A DNA stretch of 64,000 nucleotides from Malacoraja senta (Eukaryota). Of this stretch, positions 24,121 through 35,175 are shown piece by piece. The stretch lies in NCBI GenBank assembly GCA_038087875.1, contig CM075978.1:39804001-39868000 (forward strand), in the 5' to 3' direction. Every line of letters begins with the position of its first letter. Position 1 is the stretch's first letter. Both the position numbers and the translations under genes were made by a program. The notes below the pieces were generated by a model that did not search any database, was not told the origin of the DNA, and saw nothing but the letters and a program-made list of their open reading frames with translations.

Positions 24121-25124
24121 AGGGAATCAGATCCAGCCACTATAACTTTGGGGTATTAGCTCTAATAGCGGTGTCACTGTGCGTATTTTAGTGGTTAATA
24201 GTTCTGATGTTGAATCAAGATAATCTAAAAATTGAATTCATTCAAATGGAATTAGTTAATATAGATGTACAGTGTCACCCTCTCATTATTCACTGGACAA
24301 TCCACAAAAGACCTTTTAACATATAGTGTTGATCATGCAGTTTCACTGACTTATGTGAAAGGATGCACGTTGCCTGGACACCTACCTGCCAGACTTTTCA
24401 CAGCTATTCCTGTTGAGTTATTTAACGGCATCAAAATTCACCTTAATTGAGGATAGTCTCGCGTCAAGAATCCCGCTAACCCCAGCTGAGTGTGTACCTT
24501 GGCTCATGTTTGCAGTTTGGACAAGGTAGCCAAAAAGTGACATAAGTGGAAGTGAAAATGTGAGTGTGGCTTCATCACACAGTGGGGCATTCATTCAATA
24601 AAGCATACAGAACAACTTGCTTCATTCTCCCCACTGCTGTGTTGACACAAAGTTGGCAGCTTTTGGTTTCTGCCTCTTCTGAATGTCGCTGTATTTATAT
24701 AAAACTTCCACGAGAATTGGTGGACTGTATATTTGACATACAAGCTGGAATCAAGCACAAAGCTATTAATACAAAACTAGTTCCCATTTAAGATGAAAAA
24801 ATGATCATTGCCCAGTCACTGCTATTCCAGGATGCCATTGCATTGATTAAAATGCAGCCGGCAAAATAAAATACCATTTAGATGATATCACTATTAATTC
24901 CAAAGCAGTTTGTTAATACTGTACTTTACCATCAGATATGCTTGGTCTGTTGAAGAAAATGGTTTTAATCGTTGAGAATTAATGCATAAAAGTAGTTGAA
25001 AGTTTCAAAGATTGTGATGCAAATCACAAATGAAAATCAAGGTTACAAAATCGCACAAACACTTATTTTATTTCAGGGACAATGAGTGTCCTTGCATATT
25101 ATCACTGATTCCAAAGCTAGACAC

Positions 25125-27562
25125 AGCTAGGTGGGTTTAAACTAAAAAATGGGGGGGTGGAGTCAACAAATATGCATGCAGTTAACGGGAAAGAGAGTGT
25201 AGGAAAGATCACGTTGAAACTAACAGGGCAGAGGGATGGGAACCATAGTCAGAGGACCATAAAAGGAGGACAGAAGAGAAAGGTAGAAGGGAGATAAGAA
25301 AAACAAAGCTGAAAGCTTTGTGCCTTAATGCGAGGAGCTTTCTTAATAAGGTGGATGAACTGAATGTGCAATTAGTAGATAAGGTATATGATATAGTTGG
25401 AATTACGGAGACATGGCTCCAGGGTGACCAAGGCTGGGAGCTAAACATGCAGGGGTATTTATTATTTAAGGCAGATAACGCATGTTGGAGCGGTATACAG
25501 ACCACCTAACAGTAGTAGGGAGATTGGGGAAAGCTTCAAGAAGGAAATTAGGGATGCGTGTAGCAAAGGTACAGCAGTTATCATGGGTGACTTTAATCTA
25601 CATATAAATTGGACCAACCAAATTGGTAGCAGCGCTGAGGAGGAGGATTTCCTGGAATGTATACGGGATGGTTTTTTAAATCAATATGTAGAAGAACTGA
25701 CTAGAGGGCAGGCCATCCTAGATGGGTATTGTGTAATGAAGAAGGATTAGTTAGCGATCTTGTTGTGTAGAACCCTTTGACCATACTATGGTGGAATTTT
25801 GCATTCGGATGGAGAGTGACACGGTTAATTCATACTCGGGTCCTGAACTTAAAGAAAAGAGACTTTGAAGGTATGAGACGGGAATTGGCTAGGATTGATT
25901 GGCAAATTATACTTGAAGGGTTGACGGTGGAGACGCAATGACAAAGATTTAAAGATTTAAACCATGGATGAACTCCAAAAATTGTTCATCCTGGTCTGGC
26001 AAAAAATTAAAACGGGGAAGGCGGCTCAACCATGGCCAACAAGGATAGTGTTAATTTCAAGGAAGATGCATATAAATTGGCCGAAAGAAGCAGCAAACCA
26101 GAGGACTAGGAGAAATCGAGAACTCAACAGAGGAGGACATAGGGATTAATTAAGAGGGGGAAAAAGGGCTTGAAATAAAGCTTGTGGGGAATATAAAAGA
26201 AAGGAGTGAGAGAGAAAACGGGGAATTATAGACCAGTTAGCCTTACATCGGTAGAGGGGAAGATGCGCAAGTCGATTATTAAAGATATTATAGCAGCAAA
26301 TTTGGAAAGCAGTGACAGGATTGGTTAAAGTCAGCATGGATTTATGAAGGGGAAATCATGCTTGACTAATCTTCAAGAATTTTTTGAGGATGTAACAACT
26401 AGAATGGATAAGGGAGAGCCAGTGGATGTGGTATATCTGGACTTTCAAAAAACCTTTGACAAGGTCTCACACAAGAGATTAGTGTGCAAAAGTAGAGCCC
26501 ATGGTATTGGGAGTAGGGTATTGACATGGATAGAGAACTGGTTGGCAGACTGGAAGTAAAGAGTGGGAATTGATAGGTCCTTTTCAGAATGGCAGGCAGT
26601 GACTAGTAGGGTGCTGCAACGATTTAGACAAGGGAATGTGACATCTCCAGGTTTGCAGATGAGACAAAGCTGGGTGGCAGTGTGAACTGCGATGAGGATG
26701 CTATGAGGCTGCAGGGTGACTTAGATGGGTTGGGTGAGTGGGCAGATGCATGGCAGATTCAGTATAATGTGGATAAATGTGAGGTTATCCACTTTAGTGG
26801 CAAGAACAGGAAGGCAGATTATTATCTGAATGATTAGGATAAGGGAGGTGCAACGAGTCCTGGGTGTACTTGTACATCAGTCACTGAAAGTAAGCATGCA
26901 GGTACTGCAGGCAGTGAAGAAAGCTAATGGCATGTTAGCCTTCATTGTGAGAGGATTGAGTTTAGGAGCAAGGAGGTCCTACTGCAGTTGTACAGGGCCC
27001 TGGTGAGACCGCATTTGGAGTATTGTGTGCAATTTTGGTCTCCTAATTTGAGGAAGGACAATATTGCTATTGAGAGAGTGCAGCGTAGGTTCACCAGGCT
27101 AATTCCTCGGATGGCGGGACTGACGTATGGTGAAAGAATGGGTCGACTGGGCTTGGATTCACTGGAACTTAGGATGAAAGGGAATCTTATAGAAACATAA
27201 CATTCTTATAGGATTGGATAAGTTAGATGCAGGAAAAATGTTCCCTATGTTGGGGGAGTCCAGGACCAGGGGTCACAGTTTAAGAATAAGGGTAGGCCAT
27301 TTAGGACTGAGATGAGGAAAAATCTTCACTCAGAGTTGTGAATTTGTGGAATTCTCTGCCACAGAAGACAGTGGAGGCCAATTCACTGGATGTTTTCAAG
27401 AGAGAGTTGGATTTAGCTTTTAGGGCTAAAGGAATCAAGGGATATGGGGAAAAAGCAGGAACAGGGTACTGATTTTAGATGATCAGCCATGATCATATTG
27501 AATGGCGGCACTGGCTCGAAGGGCCGAATGGCCTACTCCTGCACCTATTTTTCTATGTTTCT
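25125..27562 (+). mobile_element. Long decayed CR1 with APE endonuclease start, RT and 3' tail; internally deleted
   Basis: CLNARSFLNKVDEL..DIVGITETWL (APE), IMGDFNL, KSCLTNLQEFFEDV, RPHLEYCVQFWSP; tail TTTCTATGTTTCTA. Confidence 0.9.
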
Positions 27563-28249
27563 AGACCTGAATCATTTAATTCCATGTATCTTAACACTAT
27601 ACTCTTGTACCGCTACTAAATGTAAATTTGAGCTTCTTACGTTCATTTCCCTGCAAGGCAAAACCAAGCAGTAGCTCAAGTGGCAGTGAGGCCTTACTCA
27701 TGGATGAGCTCAACGCTTTGTATGCCTGCGTCGAAAGGGAGAAGACCAAAGTACCTTCTCAAGACTCCCATAGACCACAGCAACACTGTAATCTCCGTAA
27801 ACAGAGGGTGATGTTAGAAGATCCTTCATGAAGGTGAACCTTCGGTAAGCATCCGGCTCCTATGGTGAACCTGGCTGCATTCTTAAAACCCGCAAGGACC
27901 AACTGGCTGGAATGCTTTGCGGACATCTTCAACCACTCATTACTAAGGACCGAGGTACCCACCTGTGAGAGTACTTCAATAATATCGAAGAGTAAGGAGA
28001 CATGCCACAATGGCTACCCAATGTTGGCATTAATGTATATGGTGATGATGTGCTTTGAGAGGTTGGTAACGATGCCTAGCAAAGCCTGTCTTAGTGAGGA
28101 CTTGGACCCACCATCGCCACAACAGATCAACAGGGGATGCGATCTCACTGGCTCTTCACTCTGCATTGGACCATTTGGACAATAAGACCAAGGATGTTGA
28201 TCATCAACTACAGCTCAACGTTCAGATGTTCATAACTTATGCGAGAATA

Positions 28250-28941
28250 AACAATAGACAATAGGTGCAGGAGTAGGCCATTTGGCCCCGAGCCAGCACC
28301 GCCATTCAATGTGATCATGGCTGATCATCCCCAATCAGTACCCCGTTCCTGCCTTCTCCCCATATCCCCTGACTCTGCTATTTTTAAGAGCCCTATCTAG
28401 CTCTCTCTTGAAAGCATCCAGAGAACTTGCCTCCACCGCCCTCTGAGGAAGAGAATTCCACAGACTCACCACTCTCTGTGAGTAAAAGTGTTTCCTCGTC
28501 TCCGTTCTAAATGGCTTACTCCTTATTCTTAAACTGTGGCCCCTGGTTCTGGACTCCCCCAACACCGGGAACATGTTTCCTGCCTCTAGCGTGTCCAAAC
28601 CCTTAACAATCTTATATGTTTCAATGAGATGCCCTCTCATCCTTCTAAACTCCAGAGTGTACAAACCCAGCTGCTCCATTCTCTCAGCATATGACAGTCC
28701 CGCCATCCCGGGAATTAACCTTGTAAACCTACGCTGCACTCCCTCAATAGCAAGAATGTCCTTCCTCAAATTAGCGGACCAAAACTGCACACAATACTCT
28801 AGGTGTGGTCTCACTAGGGCTCTGTACAACTGCAGAAGGACCTTTTTGCTCCTATATTCGATTCTTCTTGTTATAAAGGCCAACGTGCCATTCGCTTTCT
28901 TCACTGTATGCTGTACCTGCATGCTTACTTTCATAGACTGA
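28250..28941 (-). mobile_element. CR1 subfamily B 3' fragment (young)
   Basis: ORF 28335-28934 (199 aa) runs to the natural stop; TTGTCTA tail. Confidence 0.95.
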
Positions 28942-28944
28942 TTA

Positions 28945-29290
28945 GGCCATTAGAAGAATTAAGCCATTCGGCCCATCAAGTCTACTCTACCATTCAATCA
29001 TGGCTGATCTATCTTCCCTCTGAACCCCATTCTCCTGCCTTCTCCCCATAACCCATCACATCCTTACTAATCAAGAACCTGTCAATCTCCATTTAAAACA
29101 TTTCCATTGACTTGGCCTCCACAGCTGTCTGTAGCAATGAATTCCACAGATTCATCACCCTCTGACTAAAGAAATTCCTCCTCCCTTTCTAAAGGTAAAC
29201 CCTTTTATTCTGAGGCTAAGCCCTCTGGTCCTAGACTCTCCCACCAGTGGAAACATCCTCTCCATATCCACTCTATACAGGCCTTTCACA
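28945..29290 (-). mobile_element. CR1 3' fragment (older subfamily)
   Basis: Homologous to 4517-5040. Confidence 0.8.
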
Positions 29291-29614
29291 TCATCATCTA
29301 CTCCAAACATATCATCAAACTGGATCTCTGCTCATCCACGTGTGATTAGATTCTCGGCTTCCTCATTGGCAAACCACTATCACGTGAATTAGTAATGACA
29401 TTCCTCCACGATATCTATCACCACGTGCATCTAAAGCCTGTGTGCTCAGCCCCTCTCTACTCTCTCTATACCCAGAGTAGCCAGACACAGCTCCAATGGT
29501 ATTAAATTTGCTGATGTTACCACCGTTGTTGGATGTGTAACAGTTAACGATGGGTCAGAGTTCAGGAGAGAAATTCTGAATGAACAGTGCCAGAAAAAGC
29601 AATCTTCCTCTCAA

Positions 29615-29727
29615 GATAGACACAAAATGCTCGAGGAGCACAGCGGGTCAGGCAGCATCTCTGGAGAAAAAGGATGGGTGGTGTTTCGGGTCGGGACCCT
29701 TCTTCAGACTGAAGATCTTCAGACATA
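29615..29727 (-). mobile_element. PLE hammerhead mini-insert
   Basis: Reverse CTGAAGAAGGGTCCCGACCCGAAAC; TSD CTCTCAA at 29608-29614 and 29728-29734; short fold-back at the 5' junction. Confidence 0.85.
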
Positions 29728-31358
29728 CTCTCAATGCTGGCAAGTCGAAGGAGCTGACTGTTGACTTCAGGAGAACAGATCCACAGTACTGGCCTCATCG
29801 ACAGGCCGCCAGTGAAGACAGTCAACAACGTCCAGCTCCTGAGCATACATATCTCTGAAGATCTGTCCTGGGCCCAACACATCGATGCAACCACAACAAG
29901 AGCTCCTCAATACCTAATCTTCCTTAGAAAATTGAGGAAATTCAGTCCGTCTATGAGTATTCTCTCAATCTTCTACAGGTGTACAGTAGAGTGCAAACTG
30001 ACTGGTTACATCACCACTTGGTTTGCAAACTCAAACATCCAGGAACGAAGGAGACTACAGAGTGGTAGACGTTACCCGGTCCATCACAGGTACTCACCTC
30101 CCTACCATCATAATATCTATAGGAGGCGTTGTCTCAAATGTGACAGTCTATATCATCAAAGACCCACACACACCCTGGCCACGCTCTCTGTTCGCTAATC
30201 GGGAAGAAGGTACAGGAGCCTGCAAAATGTGGCCACCAGGTTCAAGAACATCTTCCCAGCAACCATCAAACTCTTGGACACTAAACCACATAAACCTCTA
30301 CAGATTGTGACTTTGGTTGCACTACAGTCTACTGGTTTGCATTATTTTGGGTACCTGGTATTACAATTATTAATTTAATGTATTATTGATTATTACATCT
30401 TTATCTGTGCATTATTGCATTTAAGCGTCTGTTAAACTGCAACAAGTAAGAATTTAATTGATCCATTGGTAATACAAATTACAATTCAATGCTCTTGATT
30501 CTTCACCGTAATACATCGTTCTTCTGGGGGATCTAAACTTCCTTAGATTTATATTTGACATTGATATTGGTATCATAAAATTGATGTTTTGGTGCATTTG
30601 GGAAATGCAATTTGTTACATTGTGGATAACTGAATATTTCATTGATTTGACTAATGTCAGCTTTTTGGAAAAGTATCGAATCCTGCATGATACTAAACTA
30701 ATGATGTTTTCAGCTTTGAAAACTAATTTAAATAAAAAAACAAATTAGTTAAAAGTCAATGTCCCCCTAATCCTTGCAAAAAATGTACATCAAATAAGTG
30801 CATTTCAAGTTTACAGTCTGTACTACAATGGCTTTTTAATAGTTGCCCTTCTTAAGTTAGCGGTGCTTACTAATTTGATTTAAGTATTACGTAACGGAAC
30901 TGGCCATTCTTATGTCGATATAAAAAATAACTTCCTTCAAATTTAATTTTAAACACACCAGGTATCTTCAAAGCTGAAAAATTGGGAGGGAAATTGAACA
31001 AAACATCGCCAACAATGAATGTGCACAGTATGGTATCAATTAAAACTCTCCAGAGCATGGTTTGACCTGGGAATCTAATTTATTGTTTTGCTTGGCACTT
31101 AATCAGGATGACTGTGGGGGTTTTTCCATTCCTATTTAAATAAAAAAAATTTAGGATGTTTGCATTTCTTTGGCTGAAAACTTGTTCTTGTAAATTTTGA
31201 GGGCAGATTTTGTTGGTGAGAGTTGACATTGCAGGAAAGAACACACGAGCATTTAATTAAGCTCTGAAGTTTATGATAGGAAGTTAAAGCTTCACAAATC
31301 CTGTACACTCCAAAAGCAATGCAATTGTATGGAAGTGTTTTACATGTGGATTAAGTAA

Positions 31359-31724
31359 AGGGCCTGTCTCACTTATGCAACCTTTACAGGCGACTGCCGG
31401 CACCCGTGATAGGTCGCTGAAATTTTCAACATGTTGAAAATTCAGCGGCGACCAGAAAGACGCTATTACTCTTTGGGGACCTCTCACGATTTCTCACAGG
31501 CTGTATGGTCGTGAGAGGTCTCCTATGGTCGTGAGAGGTCACCCGCGACATGTCGCCAGGGGTCGCCTGTATGGTCGTGAGAGGTCTCCTATGGTCGTGA
31601 GAGGTCTCCTAAGAGTCGTAGCGTCTTTCTGGTCCCGCTGAATTTTCTACATGTTGAAAATTTCGGCGACCTATCACGGGTGCCGGCAGTCGCCTGAAAA
31701 GGTCACGTAAATGGGACAGGCCCT
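31359..31724. mobile_element. MITE 1 (PIF/Harbinger-like) with ~130-bp inverted arms
   Basis: AGGGCCTGTC(T/C)CA termini, TAA/TTA flanks, internal 40-bp direct repeat (31501-31540 and 31567-31606). Confidence 0.85.
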
Positions 31725-31727
31725 TTA

Positions 31728-32271
31728 AGGGGCTGTACCACTGCGGCGACCTAATTCGAGAGTTTAGGAGAGCTTGAAAAAATGTCATGTTGAAGACCTC
31801 CTTCGACTATGTAGAAGACCTCCTTCGACTATGTTGAAGACTAGCGTTGACTAGCTTCGACTAGCTTCGGGAAAATTGGACACCGAATAGTGGAGAGTGA
31901 AGACGACCTCCTTCGATCTCCTTCAACCTCCCTTCGACCTCCCTTCGACTATGTTGAAGACTACCTTCGACTACCCTTGATTACCTACGAATAACATGCC
32001 AACCTACTACGACCTACTTTGACTAAACCTACGAGTAAAAAAAGTATCGATTTTTTTCCATGGCAACCTTTTTTTATTCGCGGGTATTTTTCGACATGTT
32101 GAAAAATACGCCTTGACCTAGCTGAGGCCTCGAGTACGCGGGGACTACTCTCGAGCATGAAGGAGAATTACAAAGATCTCCTAGGACCTCGTGTCGACCA
32201 TGCTGTGGGTATGAGTCGAGGGCAAACTCGCCAGAACTCGCGGATTAGGTCGCCGCAGTGGGACAGCCCCT
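31728..32271. mobile_element. MITE 2 (PIF/Harbinger-like) with ~37-bp TIRs
   Basis: AGGGGCTGT(A/C)CCACTGCGGCGACCTAAT termini; TTA/TAA (TTAA) flanks; many internal CTTCGAC repeats. Confidence 0.85.
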
Positions 32272-32432
32272 TAAGTTTGTATAACATTCTTGAGCAGCTA
32301 TTAAATCTTGATGCATATTCATAATTATATATATATAGTGGATTGGAAAAGTGGAATAGCAGAACTAACAGTATTTTGCCAATCCATAACTTACATGCAA
32401 AGTATTGACATGGGATATTAATGGTCATGTAA

Positions 32433-32720
32433 TGGGTAGCACAGTGGCGCAGTGATAGAGTTGCTGCCTTACAGCGCCAGAGACCCGGGTTCGATCCTGA
32501 CTACGAGTGCTGTCTGTACAGAATTTGAACGTTCTTCCTGAGAAAACTCCATGAGTTTTCTCTGGGTGCTCCCACATTCCAAAGACGTGCAGATTTGTAG
32601 GTTAATTGGCCTCTGTAAAATGTCCCTAGTGTACAGTTTAGAACTAGTGTACGGGGTGATTGTTGGACAGTGCAGACTCAGTGGCTCGAAAGGCCTGGTT
32701 CCATGCTGTAGCTCTAATCT
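32433..32720 (+). mobile_element. V-SINE
   Basis: Clear A-box-like TGGCGCAGTGATAG and B-box GGTTCGATCC. Confidence 0.9.
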
Positions 32721-32984
32721 AGTGTAAGTCAGTTATGGGATAAGTCATAATCTAAAATGGTCCAAATGGAGTTTCCTTTCTGAAAAATGGTTGCAAGAGT
32801 ATTTACCAAGTTAGTAAACAGAGAAGTGTGAAGTAATAAGGAATGTATTTTCATTTGGCACAACAAATTATAATCAATTGGGAAACTTATTGCCCTAAAT
32901 TAGGGCATGATCTCACAGCATCTTAGTTAGGAGAAGCATTGATTATGTAGACAATATTCAACTTTTCCTCAGAACTGTCTATCA

Positions 32985-33220
32985 GAGGACATTGGTTGCA
33001 TGGGATCAGGAGTAAGCATTTTAGCCTTAAAAAGTAATTTTTCACCAGGTATTCATTGTCTGGAGGGTGGTGGAGCCAGATACACTTACAAGATTTAACA
33101 AGTATTTGGAGGATCACTTGAAAAATGCCACGACGTAGAAGGCCGTTGACTTAACACTGGAAAGGTACTTGGTGGTGACACGCACGCAGTGGGCCGGAAG
33201 GTCAATTTCCTGCTCTGGAA
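32985..33220 (+). mobile_element. Old CR1 3' fragment
   Basis: Degenerate AGAGGACAT..GGTGGAG..GGGCCGGAAGG motifs. Confidence 0.5.
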
Positions 33221-33327
33221 TTTTACACTGGACTGCTTTATGTGACAATGTTCAGCTGGAGGTTTGGAGTTTATTAGGGAAAACTCTTAATGGTAGAGTA
33301 AGAGGCAAATTGGTATGACTCACCATG

Positions 33328-33540
33328 GGTAGAGAAAAGTGCTGGAGAAACTCAGCGGGTGCAGCAGCATCTATGGAGCGAAGGAAATAGGCAACGTTTC
33401 GGGCCGAAACCCTTCTTCAGACTCAGCCCAAAACGTTGCCTGTTTCCTTTGCTCCATAGATGCTGCTGCACCCGCTGAGTTTCTCCAGCACTTTTGTCTA
33501 CCTTCGGTTTTCCAGCACCTGTAGTTCCTTCTTAAACATA
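33328..33540. mobile_element. Inverted (head-to-head) PLE hammerhead insert
   Basis: Minus arm 33328-33423 and plus arm 33425-33540; single TSD ATGACTCACCATG at 33315-33327 and 33541-33553. Confidence 0.9.
33388..33423 (-). ncRNA. Minimal type I hammerhead ribozyme motif (intact core)
   Basis: CUGAAGA-A-GGGU(UUCG)GCCC-GAAA-CG-UU; predicted cleavage after GUU; palindromic stem III. Confidence 0.7.
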
Positions 33541-33656
33541 ATGACTCACCATGCTTGTGTAGTTTGGAATTCTGCACCAAGAAATGGCTATTAACACAGT
33601 AGGGAGAGTTGCGAGAAAGTCATAATCTATAACTTTAAATGTAAATAGAGTTCAGG

Positions 33657-33751
33657 TCTGAAGAAGGGTTTCGGCCCAAAACGTTACCTATTTCCTTTGC
33701 TCCATAGATGCTGCTGCACCCGCTGAGTTTCTCCAGCATTTTTGTGTACCT
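33657..33751 (+). mobile_element. ~95-bp PLE-derived hammerhead mini-insert (young subfamily)
   Basis: TSD TAGAGTTCAGG at 33646-33656 and 33752-33762. Confidence 0.9.
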
Positions 33752-33782
33752 TAGAGTTCAGGCCTGTTGACTGCATATTATT

Positions 33783-34086
33783 TTTTAGTTTAGGTTAGAG
33801 ATACAGTATGGAAGCAGGCCCTTTGGCCCATCAAGTCCGCACCGACAAGTGATCACCCGTACGCTAGTTCTATCCTACACACGAAGGACAATTTACAGAA
33901 GCCAATTAACCTACAAACCTGCACGTCTTTGGAATGTGCGAGGAACCTGAAGCACCTGGAGAAAATCCATGCGGTCACAGGGAGAACGTACAAACTCTGT
34001 ACAGACAGCACCCATGGACAGGACCGAACCTGGATCTCTGGCACTGTAAGGCAGCAACTCTACTAGCTGCGCCACTGTGCCACCCA
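33783..34086 (-). mobile_element. V-SINE, full length
   Basis: Head, core and tail in reverse. Confidence 0.9.
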
Positions 34087-34730
34087 TTTGCATGCATATA
34101 CTTTTTAAAAACAATCTTTATTTTTTGTATACTAGCAAAACATGATATATTGCCGACAGCTTCAAGAGGATATAGCATGCTTTTGGAGGATTTGTTGCAA
34201 TGCCCAGCTGAGGTATAGACCCTCTCCAAATACCTTTCCTTATTTCCATTCATGACACTTGGCAACTTGCTCATGAAACAGCTCCAATCTGATCCTAAGC
34301 CTTTGCATCAACTTTATTAAGTGAAGCGAGGAAGTCATCCTTAGGGAATATTTCCCTTTTGCTGAGGCAACACCTTGGTAACCTTGCAATTTATATCAGT
34401 AAATATCAGTTCCCCTATTACACAGCATTCTTTCAGCACTCAATGTTATTCAATAATATGGATCTGCCAACCATAATTCTGCTTGCTGTTCATTCTTAAG
34501 AGCCTGTCAACATCCAAGTCTGCTATCTCATTCTACAGTATAGTATTTTCATGGAAAAGATATATTATTTTTCTCACTTCCTATCGTCCGAAGCCACAAA
34601 TTCTAATTATTTTCTTTCTCTCACTCAAATCGTATTTACTTAAACCATATCCTTATTGACAGCTATAAAATAGCAACAGAACAGTGATCTGTGATTTTTA
34701 AATACTGTGGCCAAGGGATCATTTTACCAG

Positions 34731-34806
34731 AGATAGACACAAAATGCTGGAGTAACTCAGCGGGACAGGCAACATCTCTGGAGATCATGGATAGGTGATG
34801 TTTCCA
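34731..34806 (-). mobile_element. PLE mini-insert truncated inside the hammerhead (at GAAAC)
   Basis: TSD ATCATTTTACCAG at 34718-34730 and 34807-34819. Confidence 0.85.
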
Positions 34807-35175
34807 ATCATTTTACCAGGTTGAGTCATTTTACCACATGTAAAACAATCAAAGTAAATCGAAACAAGTCAGAGTGTTTAATTGTGGTATGCACCAGGAA
34901 TGGAACAATGAAATTCTAATTTGCTGCAGCTTTGCAGGCACATTATTGCATCAGATTCTTAGAAATCATGTTAACCGCTGAGTTTCTATTGCTTTCCTAT
35001 TAACTCTTTCCATTCTTGACATCTTGCGTTAGTTTAGTTAGTTTCATATTTCCTACATTTCAATAATGATGACACCTCACAATCAATTTCATTGGATATA
35101 ATTTTGTTTTTGGCCATGTATACTTGCAAAAGATACTTTTAAAGTTTCACAGTAAAATGGCAACTAGCTGCAGCT

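Larger units (their letters stand above)
27645..30452 (+). mobile_element. Old Rex1/Babar LINE hosting three nested inserts
   Basis: DELNALYA, FADIFNHSL, CFERLV, KFADVTTVVG, KSKELTVDFRR, SEDLSWAQH, FYRCTVE motifs in order. Confidence 0.8.

Noticed and set aside
31790-32030. CRISPR-like or satellite array of CTTCGAC repeats
   Set aside because: Irregular units without unique spacers, located inside MITE TIRs in eukaryotic DNA.
32433-32505. tRNA gene candidates
   Set aside because: tRNA-derived SINE heads that run directly into the V-core; no complete cloverleaf or terminator.
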